A stretch of DNA of 64,000 nucleotides from Chloroflexota bacterium (GTDB taxonomy: Bacteria > Chloroflexota > Limnocylindria > Limnocylindrales > CSP1-4), in assembly GCA_034430475.1 (NCBI GenBank), contig DAOUEA010000094.1, positions 8,725 through 72,724 on the forward strand, written 5' to 3'. Every line of letters begins with the position of its first letter. The first letter of the stretch is position 1. Made by a program: the position numbers and the translations under genes. The notes under the pieces are model-generated. The model ran no database searches. It saw only the letters and a program-made list of their open reading frames with translations, and was not told where the DNA came from. Shown here piece by piece: positions 1-10,170 of this stretch.

Positions 1-200
1 AGCTGGTCGTACTCGGCGTCGCTCATCTCCGGCGCGTCGAGGCGGTAGTAGGCCTCGTTGGCCCGGCGGATGACCGGGACCAGCTCGTCGCGACGCCGGC
101 GGGCACCCTCCTCGCCCAGCTCCCGGGCGGCATCGACGGCGGCTCCGCCGACGGGCAGCCCTCCTGCCTCGTCCCCCGCCCGTCCGATCGACTCGCCCAT
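1..200 (-). CDS. ligA: NAD-dependent DNA ligase LigA, N-terminal fragment (gene runs off the window start)
   Basis: The reverse complement of 1-200 starts at ATG 200..198 and reads MGESIGRAGDEAGG...RRRRDELVPVIRRANEAYYRLDAPEMSDAEYDQL. The YY.LD.P..SD.EYD.L pattern is the LigA N-terminal (Ia) signature. A GGGAGGAG Shine-Dalgarno lies just upstream. The ORF is open to the window edge, so it is absent from the ORF track. Confidence 0.75.
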   Translation of the reverse strand, partial: MGESIGRAGDEAGGLPVGGAAVDAARELGEEGARRRRDELVPVIRRANEAYYRLDAPEMSDAEYDQ

Positions 201-259
201 CCGCCTCTCCTCCCGCTGCCGTCAGTGCCGCCGATTCTGGCGCAGCGCCGCCGCCCGCG

Positions 260-1006
260 TCAGCCCCTTACGACTTCCTCCACCAGGCGGCTCATGCGAT
301 CGAAGTGGGAGCCCTGCCAGTAGACCGAGCCGCAGGCGCGACAACGGCCGAAAGCCTCGAAGTACCGCAGGGTCCGCGGCTCGCCGGCCAGTCGTTCGGC
401 CACCTCCGACCGCTCGACGAGCTCGATCTCGCCGTTGCAGCGAACGCAGCGGCTGAACGGCCGGGCTCTCTCGGCCAATCCGTAGCGACCGACGATCTCC
501 ACAAGCTGTCGGCGAGGGTCGTCGTCGCGGACCAGGTAGCCCAGACGTACGATCGAGCGCTTCAGCAGGCCCCTGTCGCGGGTCAGGAGGATCCGGCCCT
601 CTTCGGCCGAGACTCGCGCCAGCTCGTCGTCGGCTGCCGCTCGATCGTAGGCGGAGTCGAAGCCGAGCATTCGGAGATAGCGGGCCAGCCGTCCCAGGTG
701 CCCGTCCAGCACGAAACGCCGCGGATCGGGCGGAGGCGGGATGAGACCGGGCTGGGCGGCCGGCTGGTCGGGCCGATCGAGCCCGAAGACTTCGATCCGA
801 TCGCCCGCCCTCACCCGGTAGTCGAACCCGACCGATCGACCGCCGGCCAGCATCAGATCGACCTCCGGATGGGGCACCCCCAGCGCCTCGATGGCGTCCT
901 TCACGCCCGGCTCGGCCTCGAACCGGTAGGCGATCTCCACCTCCCGCCGCTCGGCCGGCAGGAAGTAGTTCAACGATCCGCGGAATCGGAACGTGGCCAT
1001 CGGCAT
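260..1006 (-). CDS. Mut7-C family RNase: N-terminal ubiquitin-like (beta-grasp) domain plus C-terminal PIN-like Mut7-C nuclease with a zinc ribbon
   Basis: 248-aa ORF. The N-terminus (FRFRGSLNYFLP...VKDAIEALGVPHPEVDL) resembles the Mut7-C ubiquitin domain. The core (FVLDGHLGRLARYLRMLGFD...ILLTRD) resembles DUF82/Mut7-C. The C-terminus carries CVRCNG...CRACGS (CxxC...CxxC). Confidence 0.8.
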   Translation of the reverse strand: MPMATFRFRGSLNYFLPAERREVEIAYRFEAEPGVKDAIEALGVPHPEVDLMLAGGRSVGFDYRVRAGDRIEVFGLDRPDQPAAQPGLIPPPPDPRRFVLDGHLGRLARYLRMLGFDSAYDRAAADDELARVSAEEGRILLTRDRGLLKRSIVRLGYLVRDDDPRRQLVEIVGRYGLAERARPFSRCVRCNGEIELVERSEVAERLAGEPRTLRYFEAFGRCRACGSVYWQGSHFDRMSRLVEEVVRG

Positions 1007-1031
1007 TCGCCGATCCTACAGCCGGCGGCCC

Positions 1032-3767
1032 CTAGCCGATGATCTCCAGGTTCGCTATCGAGGCCAGCAGCTGCTTCACGCCGCCGCCGTCCGAGAAGGC
1101 GACCGTCACCTCTTCGTCGTCGCGGGTCAGCTTGGAGGTGACGACGATCCCCTCGCCCAGGCGTGGGTGCCGGACGCGGTCGCCGTCGCGGAACTGGCGC
1201 TCGCCGGGGATACGAGGCCGATGGACCGCCGCCGGCCGCGACGCCGCGCCCTCCGCCCCGTAGACGTCAGGCCCTTCGGAGGCCCTCCTCTCGCCCCGGC
1301 GGGGAGCATCCAGGCTGCCCGAGCGGGCGCCGGATTCATGGGCCGCCCGCCGCGCCCCGAGGTCCCGCGTCGGGCGGAATCGCTCGCCCGCCCCCGGAGC
1401 CCCCGGGCGGCCGCTGCCCGACCGCCATGCGCCACCCCGAGCGCGGATAGGGCTGCCCAGCCGGGAGGTTCGCCCCCGCCCAAAAACCAGGTCCGGATCG
1501 AGCGCCTGCAGGTCGTCGTCGAAGTCGCCCCGGGCGAGCTTGGGCCCGGTCATCAGCCTTTCCGGAATCTCGAACAGGAAGCGGCTCGGGACGGACATCG
1601 TGCCCTGGCCCCAGGTTGCGCGCCGCACGGCGTGCGACAGGAAGAGCCGTCGCTTGGCGCGGGTGATGCCCACGTAGGCCAGGCGGCGCTCTTCCTCCAG
1701 CTGCTTCTCGTCGTCGAGCGAACGACTGTGAGGGAAGACCCCCTCCTCCAGCCCGGCGATGAAGACCACCGGGAATTCGAGCCCCTTGGCGGCGTGGAGG
1801 GTGATGAGGGTGACGGCGTCGGCGCCGGACTCGTAGGAATCCTGATCGGCCACCAGGGCCGTCTCCTCCAGGAAGCGATCGATGGCGTCTTCAGGCTCCA
1901 GGTCGTCGTAGCGGGTCGTGACGGAGCGCAGCTCGAGGAGGTTGGCCCAGCGCTCCTCTCCCTCCTCCGAGCCATCGGCCAGCATGGCCCGGTAGCCCGT
2001 CTCCTCCAGCACGGCGTCGAGGAGCTCGGGCAGGGCCAGCACGCCCACCCGCGTCCTCAGCCTGGCGATCAGGTCGGCGAAACCGGCCAGGGCGATTCGG
2101 GCGCGCGTGCCGAGACCTTCCAGGCGCCCCTCCCCGGCAGCCACGATGGCGGCCCAGTAGGTAGCAGGCAGGTCGCCCGTGCCGCCGTCGACCGAGCCTT
2201 CGGCGGCGTTGCCCTCGCCGGCCTGGACGGCCGCCCGCAGCTCTCCCAGGCTCTTGTCGCCGATTCCTCGGGAGGGCACGTTGAGGATCCGCTCGAAACT
2301 GACCTGGTCGGTGTCGCTGCGCAGGACCCGCAGGTAGGCCAGAGCGTCCTTGACTTCACGGCGCTGGTAGAAGCGCGTCCCCCCGACCAGCTGGTAGCGG
2401 ATGCCGTAGCGCAGGAAAGCTTCCTCAATAGCCCGGCTCTGGGCGTTGGTGCGGTACATCACCGCTACGTCGCCGCGGTCCCAGCCCTCAGGCACGTCGT
2501 CGGCACGCCGGGTCAGGATCGTGCCCGCGCCCGTGGTCAGCTCCTCGATCTTGCGGGCGATCCACTCCGCCTCTTCCTCCTCGTTGTAGGCCTCGAAGCG
2601 GCCTATGAGCTGACCGCCCGAGTTGTCGGTCCAAAGCTGCTTCTCCTTGCGCGAGGCGTTGTGAGTGACCACAGCGTGGGCCGCGTCCAGGATCAGCTGA
2701 GTGGAGCGGTAGTTCTGCTCGAGCTTGATGACCGTCGCGTTCGGGTAGTCCCGTTCGAAGTCCAGGATGTTGCGGATGTCCGCCCCCCGCCAGGAGTAGA
2801 TCGACTGGTCGTCGTCGCCCACCACGCAGACGTTGTGGTGGCCGGCTGCCAGGGCGTTCACCCACAGGTACTGCGGCCGGTTCGTGTCCTGGTACTCGTC
2901 GATGTGGAGGTACCGCCAGCGATGCTGGTAGCGCTCCAGGGCCTCCGGCGCGTCCTGGAACAGGCGGACGGCCTCGAGCAGGAGGTCGTCGAAATCGAGT
3001 GCGCCGGCCGCCCGCAGCCGATCCTGGTAGCGCGCGTACAGCCTGGCGATCTCGCGCTCCCGATGGGTGTGGGCGTTCTCGGCCAGGAAGCCCGCGCCGA
3101 TCATCTCGTTCTTGGCCCGGGAAATAGCGCCCAGGATTGCGCTCGGCTTGTACTCGCCGGTGATCGGCAGGTCCTGTTCCCGCAGGATCTGCTTCATCAG
3201 CGACTGCTGGTCGTCGGCGTCATAGACGACGAAGTGCGGGTCAAGGCCGATGGCCCGCCCCTCCCGCCGCAGGACGCGGGCGCACAGGGCGTGGAAGGTG
3301 CCCATCGCCACCTCGTGGCCCGCCTCCTCGCCGACGAGGCCGGTGATTCGAGCCCGCAGCTCGGCCGCGGCCTTGTTGGTGAAGGTCACGGCCAGGATCT
3401 GCCACGGCCTGACCGCCTTGACCCCCACCAGGTAGGCGACTCGATGGGCCAGGACTCGGGTCTTGCCGCTGCCGGCCCCGGCCAGGATCAGGACCGGCCC
3501 GTCGGTGGTCGTGACGGCGCGCTGCTGCTCGGGGTTGAGGCGAGCCAGGATTCGGGCGGCCAGGGCGTCGGCCGCCGCCTGGCGCTCGGCCAGGGCGGCC
3601 GGCTCGGGCTCGAAGGGAGAAGGCTCGTGAGGCTCGACCCGAGGGCCGTCGAAGGCCTCGGGCGGAGCTTCGTCGGGCGGTGGCAGCTCATCGCCCGCCA
3701 CGGGCAGCCCGAGGGGACCGTCCTCGAAGGCCGGCTCACCGGGCTCATGGCTGCGTGACTGGCTCAC
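1032..3767 (-). CDS. pcrA: ATP-dependent DNA helicase PcrA/UvrD (SF1) with a long low-complexity linker and a C-terminal Tudor-like domain
   Basis: 911 aa. Walker A is AGAGSGKTRVLAHRVAYLV. Also present are DEYQDTN, VGDDDQSIYSWRGA, QNYRST and TLHAAKGLEFPVVF helicase motifs. The C-terminal end reads FRDGDRVRHPRLGEGIVV. Confidence 0.95.
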   Translation of the reverse strand: MSQSRSHEPGEPAFEDGPLGLPVAGDELPPPDEAPPEAFDGPRVEPHEPSPFEPEPAALAERQAAADALAARILARLNPEQQRAVTTTDGPVLILAGAGSGKTRVLAHRVAYLVGVKAVRPWQILAVTFTNKAAAELRARITGLVGEEAGHEVAMGTFHALCARVLRREGRAIGLDPHFVVYDADDQQSLMKQILREQDLPITGEYKPSAILGAISRAKNEMIGAGFLAENAHTHREREIARLYARYQDRLRAAGALDFDDLLLEAVRLFQDAPEALERYQHRWRYLHIDEYQDTNRPQYLWVNALAAGHHNVCVVGDDDQSIYSWRGADIRNILDFERDYPNATVIKLEQNYRSTQLILDAAHAVVTHNASRKEKQLWTDNSGGQLIGRFEAYNEEEEAEWIARKIEELTTGAGTILTRRADDVPEGWDRGDVAVMYRTNAQSRAIEEAFLRYGIRYQLVGGTRFYQRREVKDALAYLRVLRSDTDQVSFERILNVPSRGIGDKSLGELRAAVQAGEGNAAEGSVDGGTGDLPATYWAAIVAAGEGRLEGLGTRARIALAGFADLIARLRTRVGVLALPELLDAVLEETGYRAMLADGSEEGEERWANLLELRSVTTRYDDLEPEDAIDRFLEETALVADQDSYESGADAVTLITLHAAKGLEFPVVFIAGLEEGVFPHSRSLDDEKQLEEERRLAYVGITRAKRRLFLSHAVRRATWGQGTMSVPSRFLFEIPERLMTGPKLARGDFDDDLQALDPDLVFGRGRTSRLGSPIRARGGAWRSGSGRPGAPGAGERFRPTRDLGARRAAHESGARSGSLDAPRRGERRASEGPDVYGAEGAASRPAAVHRPRIPGERQFRDGDRVRHPRLGEGIVVTSKLTRDDEEVTVAFSDGGGVKQLLASIANLEIIG

Positions 3768-3831
3768 CCGCAGATTGTAGGAGGGCCCGCTTCACCGGGC
3801 CTTGCTGCGGCCGATTGGCAGGCCGCCGCCG

Positions 3832-4851
3832 CTACTCCAGGCCCGGGATGTCGAACTGATCGGGTTCCGGGGCCTTGATGGGCTCGATGGCATCGTGCAT
3901 CGACAGCACCAGGCGCGCCGCTCCAGCGCCGACCTCGGAGTCGTTGGTGTGAAGCTCCGCGCGCAGCAGCTGGAAATCGCCATGGCGGATCCAGAGGTCG
4001 ACCTTGGCGTTGCCGAGGCCTTCGCCGCGCAGCTGGAAGCCCTCCTTCAGCGTCTCCTCGGAGGCGTACACCTGGATGTGGTAGGCGGTGCCCCCCTCTT
4101 CCTGACTGTCACCCAGGAGCACGGGGTTCAGCCTCGGGTCAGCGGCCGTCACGAGGATCTGCCCGACCCAGCTGATCGGGGGCTGGGTGGCGTCGGCCGG
4201 GTCGAGCTGCAGGGAACTCTCGCCCATCGCGGTGAAGATGTCCTGTCCGGGGGTCCGCACGTAGGCGTAGCCGTGGACCACGATGATCTCGCCCGCGAAG
4301 TCCGGGACTGTGGGCAGGGTTCCAGTGACGTGAGCAGCCTTGTTGGCCAGGTCGATGTCGCCCCAGGCATGGCCGCCGTCCAGAGTCACGAAGATCGGGG
4401 CGTAGGTCGGCGTGGGGGTGGGCACGGGCGTCGGCGTGGGCACGGGCGTGGGAGTCGGCTCAGGTGTGGGCACGGGCGTGGGAGTCGGCTCAGGTGTGGG
4501 CGAAGGCGTGGCCGTGGGCGATGCGCTCGACGAGGCGGAGGCGCTCGCCGACGCCGATGAGGTGACCGTCGCCGTGGGCTCGGGAGTAGCCGTGGGCTCG
4601 GGAGTAGCGGTCGGAGTAGGCGTCGGCTCGGGAGTAGGCGTCGGCTCGGGATTGGCGACCCAGATGGTGAGCTTGCCGACCGCAGTCAGATCGAAGTGGA
4701 CGGACTTCGTCGCCGCGAAGGCGTCGACCGCCTTGGCGAGGATCTGCCGGGCGTCGGTGAGTGGAGCGGCGGCCGTGGTGCACCCGGCCACGAGGCTTGT
4801 TGCCAGGAGCAATCCACTGGCTGCCGTTACGACCAACTTCCTGATGAGCAC
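3832..4851 (-). CDS. Lipoprotein, LolA/LppX-LprAFG-like fold (paralog 1), with an internal PT/SA-rich low-complexity insertion
   Basis: 339 aa. The signal peptide ends in the lipobox LVAGC. It is similar to the two downstream paralogs (VHFDL..., GYAYVRT..., [16 protein letters not shown]). About 83 aa of PEPTPTP/SASASA lie between conserved segments. Confidence 0.7.
   Translation of the reverse strand: MLIRKLVVTAASGLLLATSLVAGCTTAAAPLTDARQILAKAVDAFAATKSVHFDLTAVGKLTIWVANPEPTPTPEPTPTPTATPEPTATPEPTATVTSSASASASASSSASPTATPSPTPEPTPTPVPTPEPTPTPVPTPTPVPTPTPTYAPIFVTLDGGHAWGDIDLANKAAHVTGTLPTVPDFAGEIIVVHGYAYVRTPGQDIFTAMGESSLQLDPADATQPPISWVGQILVTAADPRLNPVLLGDSQEEGGTAYHIQVYASEETLKEGFQLRGEGLGNAKVDLWIRHGDFQLLRAELHTNDSEVGAGAARLVLSMHDAIEPIKAPEPDQFDIPGLE
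4405..4653 (-). repeat. Coding tandem-repeat tract (Pro/Thr/Ser/Ala-rich), including a perfect 30-bp tandem duplication at 4441-4470/4471-4500 and 18-bp repeats at about 4571-4640
   Basis: The string cacgggcgtgggagtcggctcaggtgtggg occurs twice back to back. The units gtgggctcgggagtagc and gtaggcgtcggctcggga are each duplicated. The tract is in frame and encodes [10 protein letters not shown] units. Confidence 0.9.
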
Positions 4852-4946
4852 GAGCTACCTCCTCACGAGCCGACGGCCACAGACTGTATCGCCTGTCGGC
4901 TTCTCGCGCACGGCGGCCGTGTCCGGGGAAGCCACCCGGAGCCCGG

Positions 4947-5795
4947 CTAGCCCACCTGGCTCGCGTCCGGTGGCGTGATGGTGACCGGCTCGCCGTAGCG
5001 GGAGAAGACCACCTCGGCCCGGAGATTCCCCGATTCCCCGGCGTCGGTCGTCAGCTTGAGCCTGGCCGGGAGGAGCGTATCCTCGAAGACCCAGTACTCC
5101 AGGAAGATCGACTCGACCTCGATACGGGCCGTGTAGCCGCCCGCCTCCGAGAGCGCGGCGTTGAGGCTGTCGAGCGGGATGGTGATCGAGGCGTGGTAGT
5201 AGCTGCTGCCGTCGACCACCTCCATGGGCCTCATGACGGCCGATATCCCGGCGTCGTCGAGGCTCGCCCGCAGGAACTCGATCCGGCGCACCCGCGCGGC
5301 TTCGGATCGGGCTCCGGGCTGGAGGGCAGCGGGCAGCTCGCCGAACGTCGAGCGACTATACGTGCCGCCCAGGACGCTGATCCTTGTGTAGACGTAGCCG
5401 TCGGCCACGATGACCCGGCCGTCCAGGCCCGTCGGGAAGCGCGGAACATCGAACGCAAGGTCGGCCGCCTCAGCGGTCACGTCGACGTCCCCCTCGACGT
5501 AGCTGCCACCCAGGTCGACCGACGCCCCCAGCGCCGCCAGGATCGATCCTTCGCCGACGAGGATACTCAGACTGGCCCGCCCCTCCATGTCCGCCCGAAC
5601 GTGGAACGACTCAGAGCTGAGAAGAGCGTCGAGCGACCGGACTATCAGGTCTTCAGGGTTCCTGATCGGCGTGGGCGAAGGGGTAGGCGTCGGGACAGGC
5701 GTCGGGACGGGCGTCGCAGCCGTGCCGCCGCAGCCGGAGGCCAGCAGCCAGGCAACGCTCAGCAGAGCCAGCAGCGGCCCGACGCGAGGGATCAC
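4947..5795 (-). CDS. Lipoprotein, LolA/LppX-LprAFG-like (paralog 2)
   Basis: 282 aa. Lipobox LASGC followed by a PT linker ([16 protein letters not shown]). It aligns with paralog 3 by eye (SFHVRADMEG.../SLHVRVTVDG...; YVEGDVDV/YLEGDVDV; IVADGYVYTRIS/IVVDGYSYTQIS). Confidence 0.7.
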   Translation of the reverse strand: MIPRVGPLLALLSVAWLLASGCGGTAATPVPTPVPTPTPSPTPIRNPEDLIVRSLDALLSSESFHVRADMEGRASLSILVGEGSILAALGASVDLGGSYVEGDVDVTAEAADLAFDVPRFPTGLDGRVIVADGYVYTRISVLGGTYSRSTFGELPAALQPGARSEAARVRRIEFLRASLDDAGISAVMRPMEVVDGSSYYHASITIPLDSLNAALSEAGGYTARIEVESIFLEYWVFEDTLLPARLKLTTDAGESGNLRAEVVFSRYGEPVTITPPDASQVG

Positions 5796-5877
5796 GAGCT
5801 ACCTCCCGAGCAAGGAAGCCCCGGGCCTGCGGCCCGGGGCTTCCTGCCTGATTGCAGGGATATCGAGCCCAGAGCCG

Positions 5878-6705
5878 CTAGGAATCCGTGTCGTCCTGGA
5901 TCTGGCTCGGATCCGGAGCCTTGATGTCGACCTTCTGGTCGTACTTGGTGATTACCACCTCGAGTGAGGCCTGGCCGGTGATGTCGGCCCTGCCGCTGGC
6001 GGTGATCTTGGCCGGGCGCAGGTTGTCCTTGTAGACGTAGTAGTCGAGCTGGGCGTCCTCGATCGTCACGCTCGGCGCGGCCTCGCCGGCCTCTCCGATG
6101 AGCTCATCCAGCTTGTCGGCGGGGATCTTGATCGAGATGTGGTAGCAGTCCTTGCCGTCGACTTTGGCGTCGCCCTCGAGCGTGGCCTCGAGGCCGGCAT
6201 CGTCGAGCTGCTTCTTGATCTCCTCGACCGCGGCAGCGATCTCTCCGCTGCCCGACGCCCCGGGGCTCGGCAGGTCCACGGGCAGATTCTCGCCAGCCTC
6301 GCTCTTGGTGTACTTCTCGCCCTGAAGGCTGATCTGCGTGTACGAGTAGCCGTCGACGACGATGATGCGACCGGAGAGCGCCAGGAGAGCCGGCACTCCG
6401 AACTCGAAGTCGAGAGCCTGGTTCGCGACGTCGACGTCGCCCTCGAGATAGGTACCCGACAGCTTGATGTTGCCGGAGAGCCCGCCCGTGATCTCGCCCA
6501 GGCCGCTCATGTCGAGGCTACCGTCGACGGTGACCCGCACATGCAGCGAGGTCGACTTCTGCACCTCATCGAGCGACCGGGTGATGATCTCCATCGGGTC
6601 GCTGATGGGCGGAGGCGTGGGGGTGCCCGAGCTGCCGCCGCAACCCGCGGCGACCAGCCCCGTGATCGCCGCGGCGGCAAGGAGCGGCTTGAGGAAACGG
6701 AACAC
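5878..6705 (-). CDS. Lipoprotein, LolA/LppX-LprAFG-like (paralog 3)
   Basis: 275 aa. Lipobox VAAGC. Paralogous to 4947-5795 (see that entry). Confidence 0.7.
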   Translation of the reverse strand: MFRFLKPLLAAAAITGLVAAGCGGSSGTPTPPPISDPMEIITRSLDEVQKSTSLHVRVTVDGSLDMSGLGEITGGLSGNIKLSGTYLEGDVDVANQALDFEFGVPALLALSGRIIVVDGYSYTQISLQGEKYTKSEAGENLPVDLPSPGASGSGEIAAAVEEIKKQLDDAGLEATLEGDAKVDGKDCYHISIKIPADKLDELIGEAGEAAPSVTIEDAQLDYYVYKDNLRPAKITASGRADITGQASLEVVITKYDQKVDIKAPDPSQIQDDTDS

Positions 6706-6814
6706 TGGTTACCCTCCTGAGCATGTGGCCGATTGGCAGATGATCGGGGCGAAGGCAATCCGAGTCAATCGCACCGATCTATCGGGGCCGTACCGCGAGT
6801 CTTCCGCAACAGGC

Positions 6815-6843
6815 GGCGCCCCGGAGTTGGACTCCGGGGCGCC
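6815..6843 (-). terminator. Perfect 13-bp GC-rich hairpin immediately downstream of groEL (putative terminator, no clear U-tract)
   Basis: ggcgccccggagt-tgg-actccggggcgcc gives a 13-bp perfect stem and a 3-nt loop. It lies 26 nt after the groEL stop and is followed on the minus strand by GCCTGTTGCGG. Confidence 0.55.
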
Positions 6844-6868
6844 GTTCGGGGTTCGGGTTGGCTGTGGG

Positions 6869-8539
<1,671 letters not shown>

Positions 8540-8854
8540 CTAGGCTTCGACGATGGCGAGGATGTCCTTCTGGCTGACGATGAGGAGCTCCTCCTCGTCG
8601 ACCTTGAACTCGGTGCCGGCGTACTTCGAATACAGAACCCGGTCGCCTTCCTTGACGTCCATCTGCTCGCGCTTGCCGTCGTCGAGGATCTTGCCGGGGC
8701 CGGCCGCGAGGATGATCCCTTCCTGCGGCTTCTCCTTGGCCGTGTCCGGCAGGACGATGCCGCTCTTGGTCACTTCCTCACGGGCGACGGGCGCGATGAC
8801 GACGCGATCGCCGAGGGGCCGGAGCTTCTTGCTGGTCGCAGTGGCGGTTGCCAA
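8540..8854 (-). CDS. groS: Co-chaperonin GroES (10 kDa)
   Basis: [45 protein letters not shown]... is canonical GroES. I place the start at TTG 8854..8852, which is preceded by AGGAGGAA. The 137-aa track ORF (start 8953) has a non-GroES Arg/Gly-rich N-terminus. Confidence 0.9.
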   Translation of the reverse strand: MATATATSKKLRPLGDRVVIAPVAREEVTKSGIVLPDTAKEKPQEGIILAAGPGKILDDGKREQMDVKEGDRVLYSKYAGTEFKVDEEELLIVSQKDILAIVEA

Positions 8855-9022
8855 CGCGCAATTCCTCCTGATGACGGCGGCACCAGCCCGCCGTCTTGCT
8901 ACCTGGATTGACCCGTGGGGACCTCCGCCACGCAGCAAGCGCAACGAGGTCACCCAAATGCCTTCCTCAGGCCGTCAGCGACCGGCGAGCCTGGTCGCGG
9001 GGGCAGGTCGCCCGACCTTCGA

Positions 9023-9049
9023 TTAGCACTCTACCAATGAGAGTGCTAA
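9023..9049 (-). promoter_or_regulatory. CIRCE operator (HrcA binding site) for groES-groEL
   Basis: TTAGCACTC-taccaatga-GAGTGCTAA is a perfect match to the CIRCE consensus TTAGCACTC-N9-GAGTGCTAA. Confidence 0.95.
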
Positions 9050-9050
9050 G

Positions 9051-9079
9051 AGCCTAATCACGGCCGGCTTGGCTGTCAA
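9051..9079 (-). promoter_or_regulatory. Sigma70-type promoter for groES-groEL (TTGACA-17-TAGGCT)
   Basis: The minus strand reads cTTGACAgccaagccggccgtgatTAGGCTc. The -35 is at 9074-9079 and the -10 at 9051-9056, with a 17-nt spacer. CIRCE begins immediately downstream, which is the classic arrangement. Confidence 0.6.
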
Positions 9080-9144
9080 GGCCGGGGCCGCTGCGGGGCG
9101 CGCGGCGGACGCGTACGATCGCCCGAAACGGAGGGAGAACGAGG

Positions 9145-9915
9145 ATGCGCGAGCCGGATCTACCTGAGCACGTTGCGCGGAACAGGGCGGCCTGGGACAG
9201 CTGGGCCCCCAAGTGGGTCGACGCCGGGGAGCGCTCCTGGGCGGCGGCTGAGCCGGCCTGGGGCGCGTGGGGCGTCCCCGAGCAAGAGGTTCGGATGCTG
9301 GAGGACGTCGCCGGGCTGGACGTCGTCGAGCTGGGTTGCGGCACGGCCTACGTCTCGGCCTGGCTGGCCCGCCGCGGGGCTCGGCCCGTTGGGATAGACA
9401 ACTCCCCGCGCCAGCTGGAGACGGCGCGCCGGCTGCAGGTTGAGCACGAGCTGGAGTTCCCGCTGCTGCTGGGCAACGCCGAGACCGTCCCCTATCCCGA
9501 CGGCTCGTTCGACATGGCCGTCTCCGAGTACGGAGCGGCGATCTGGTGCGACCCGTACCTCTGGATACCGGAGGCCGCCCGGCTGCTGCGACCGGGGGGA
9601 AGGCTAACCTTCCTGGCCAACTCCTTCCTGTACATGCTGTGCGTCCCCGATGCCGACGACGAGCCGCCGGCCGACCGGCTGCTGCGCGATCAGTTCCGGC
9701 CGTACAGGTATGAGTGGCCCGACGACGAGTCGGTCGAGTTCCACCTGCCGCACGGCGAGATGATCCGGCTCCTGCGCGAGACCGGCTTCGAGGTCGAGGA
9801 GCTGATCGAGATCCAGGCGCCGGAGGGCGTTTCGACCCACCACCGGTTCGAGTCGCCGGAGTGGGCGCGACGCTGGCCGAGCGAGGAGATCTGGAAGGCT
9901 CGCAAGCGGCCCTGA
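9145..9915 (+). CDS. Class I SAM-dependent methyltransferase
   Basis: 256 aa. Motif I is VVELGCGTAYVSAWLARRG, followed by GIDNSPRQLETAR and a later LRPGGRL. GGAGGGAGAACGAGG lies upstream of the ATG. Confidence 0.85.
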   Translation: MREPDLPEHVARNRAAWDSWAPKWVDAGERSWAAAEPAWGAWGVPEQEVRMLEDVAGLDVVELGCGTAYVSAWLARRGARPVGIDNSPRQLETARRLQVEHELEFPLLLGNAETVPYPDGSFDMAVSEYGAAIWCDPYLWIPEAARLLRPGGRLTFLANSFLYMLCVPDADDEPPADRLLRDQFRPYRYEWPDDESVEFHLPHGEMIRLLRETGFEVEELIEIQAPEGVSTHHRFESPEWARRWPSEEIWKARKRP

Positions 9916-10170
9916 GGGAAACGGGCGGCCAGCACCGCCCCTTTCAGGGAGTGAGCGCGGCCCCGCAGGGTCAGCGCTGTGTCGGCTCTTGCGTTGTGGC
10001 GCCGCCGCGTGTGACAGACGGCGCAACCGCCGGCAACTGGTCCAGGCCAGCGCCAGGCGTTGCATGCTGCGTCCCAAATGCAATAACTCGTACATATGCA
10101 TAGCTCGTGGCGGCCTGGTGCCTGTACCCTCGCCGCGGCGCCCGAAAGCCTGAGCTCAGCCCTCGCGCGG

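Noticed and set aside
993-3758. 921-aa ORF on the plus strand, the longest plus-strand ORF in this part of the window
   Set aside because: It lies exactly antisense to pcrA, which carries unmistakable SF1 helicase motifs. Its translation is Arg/Gly/Ala/Pro-rich with no recognisable motif. This is a typical shadow ORF of a high-GC genome.
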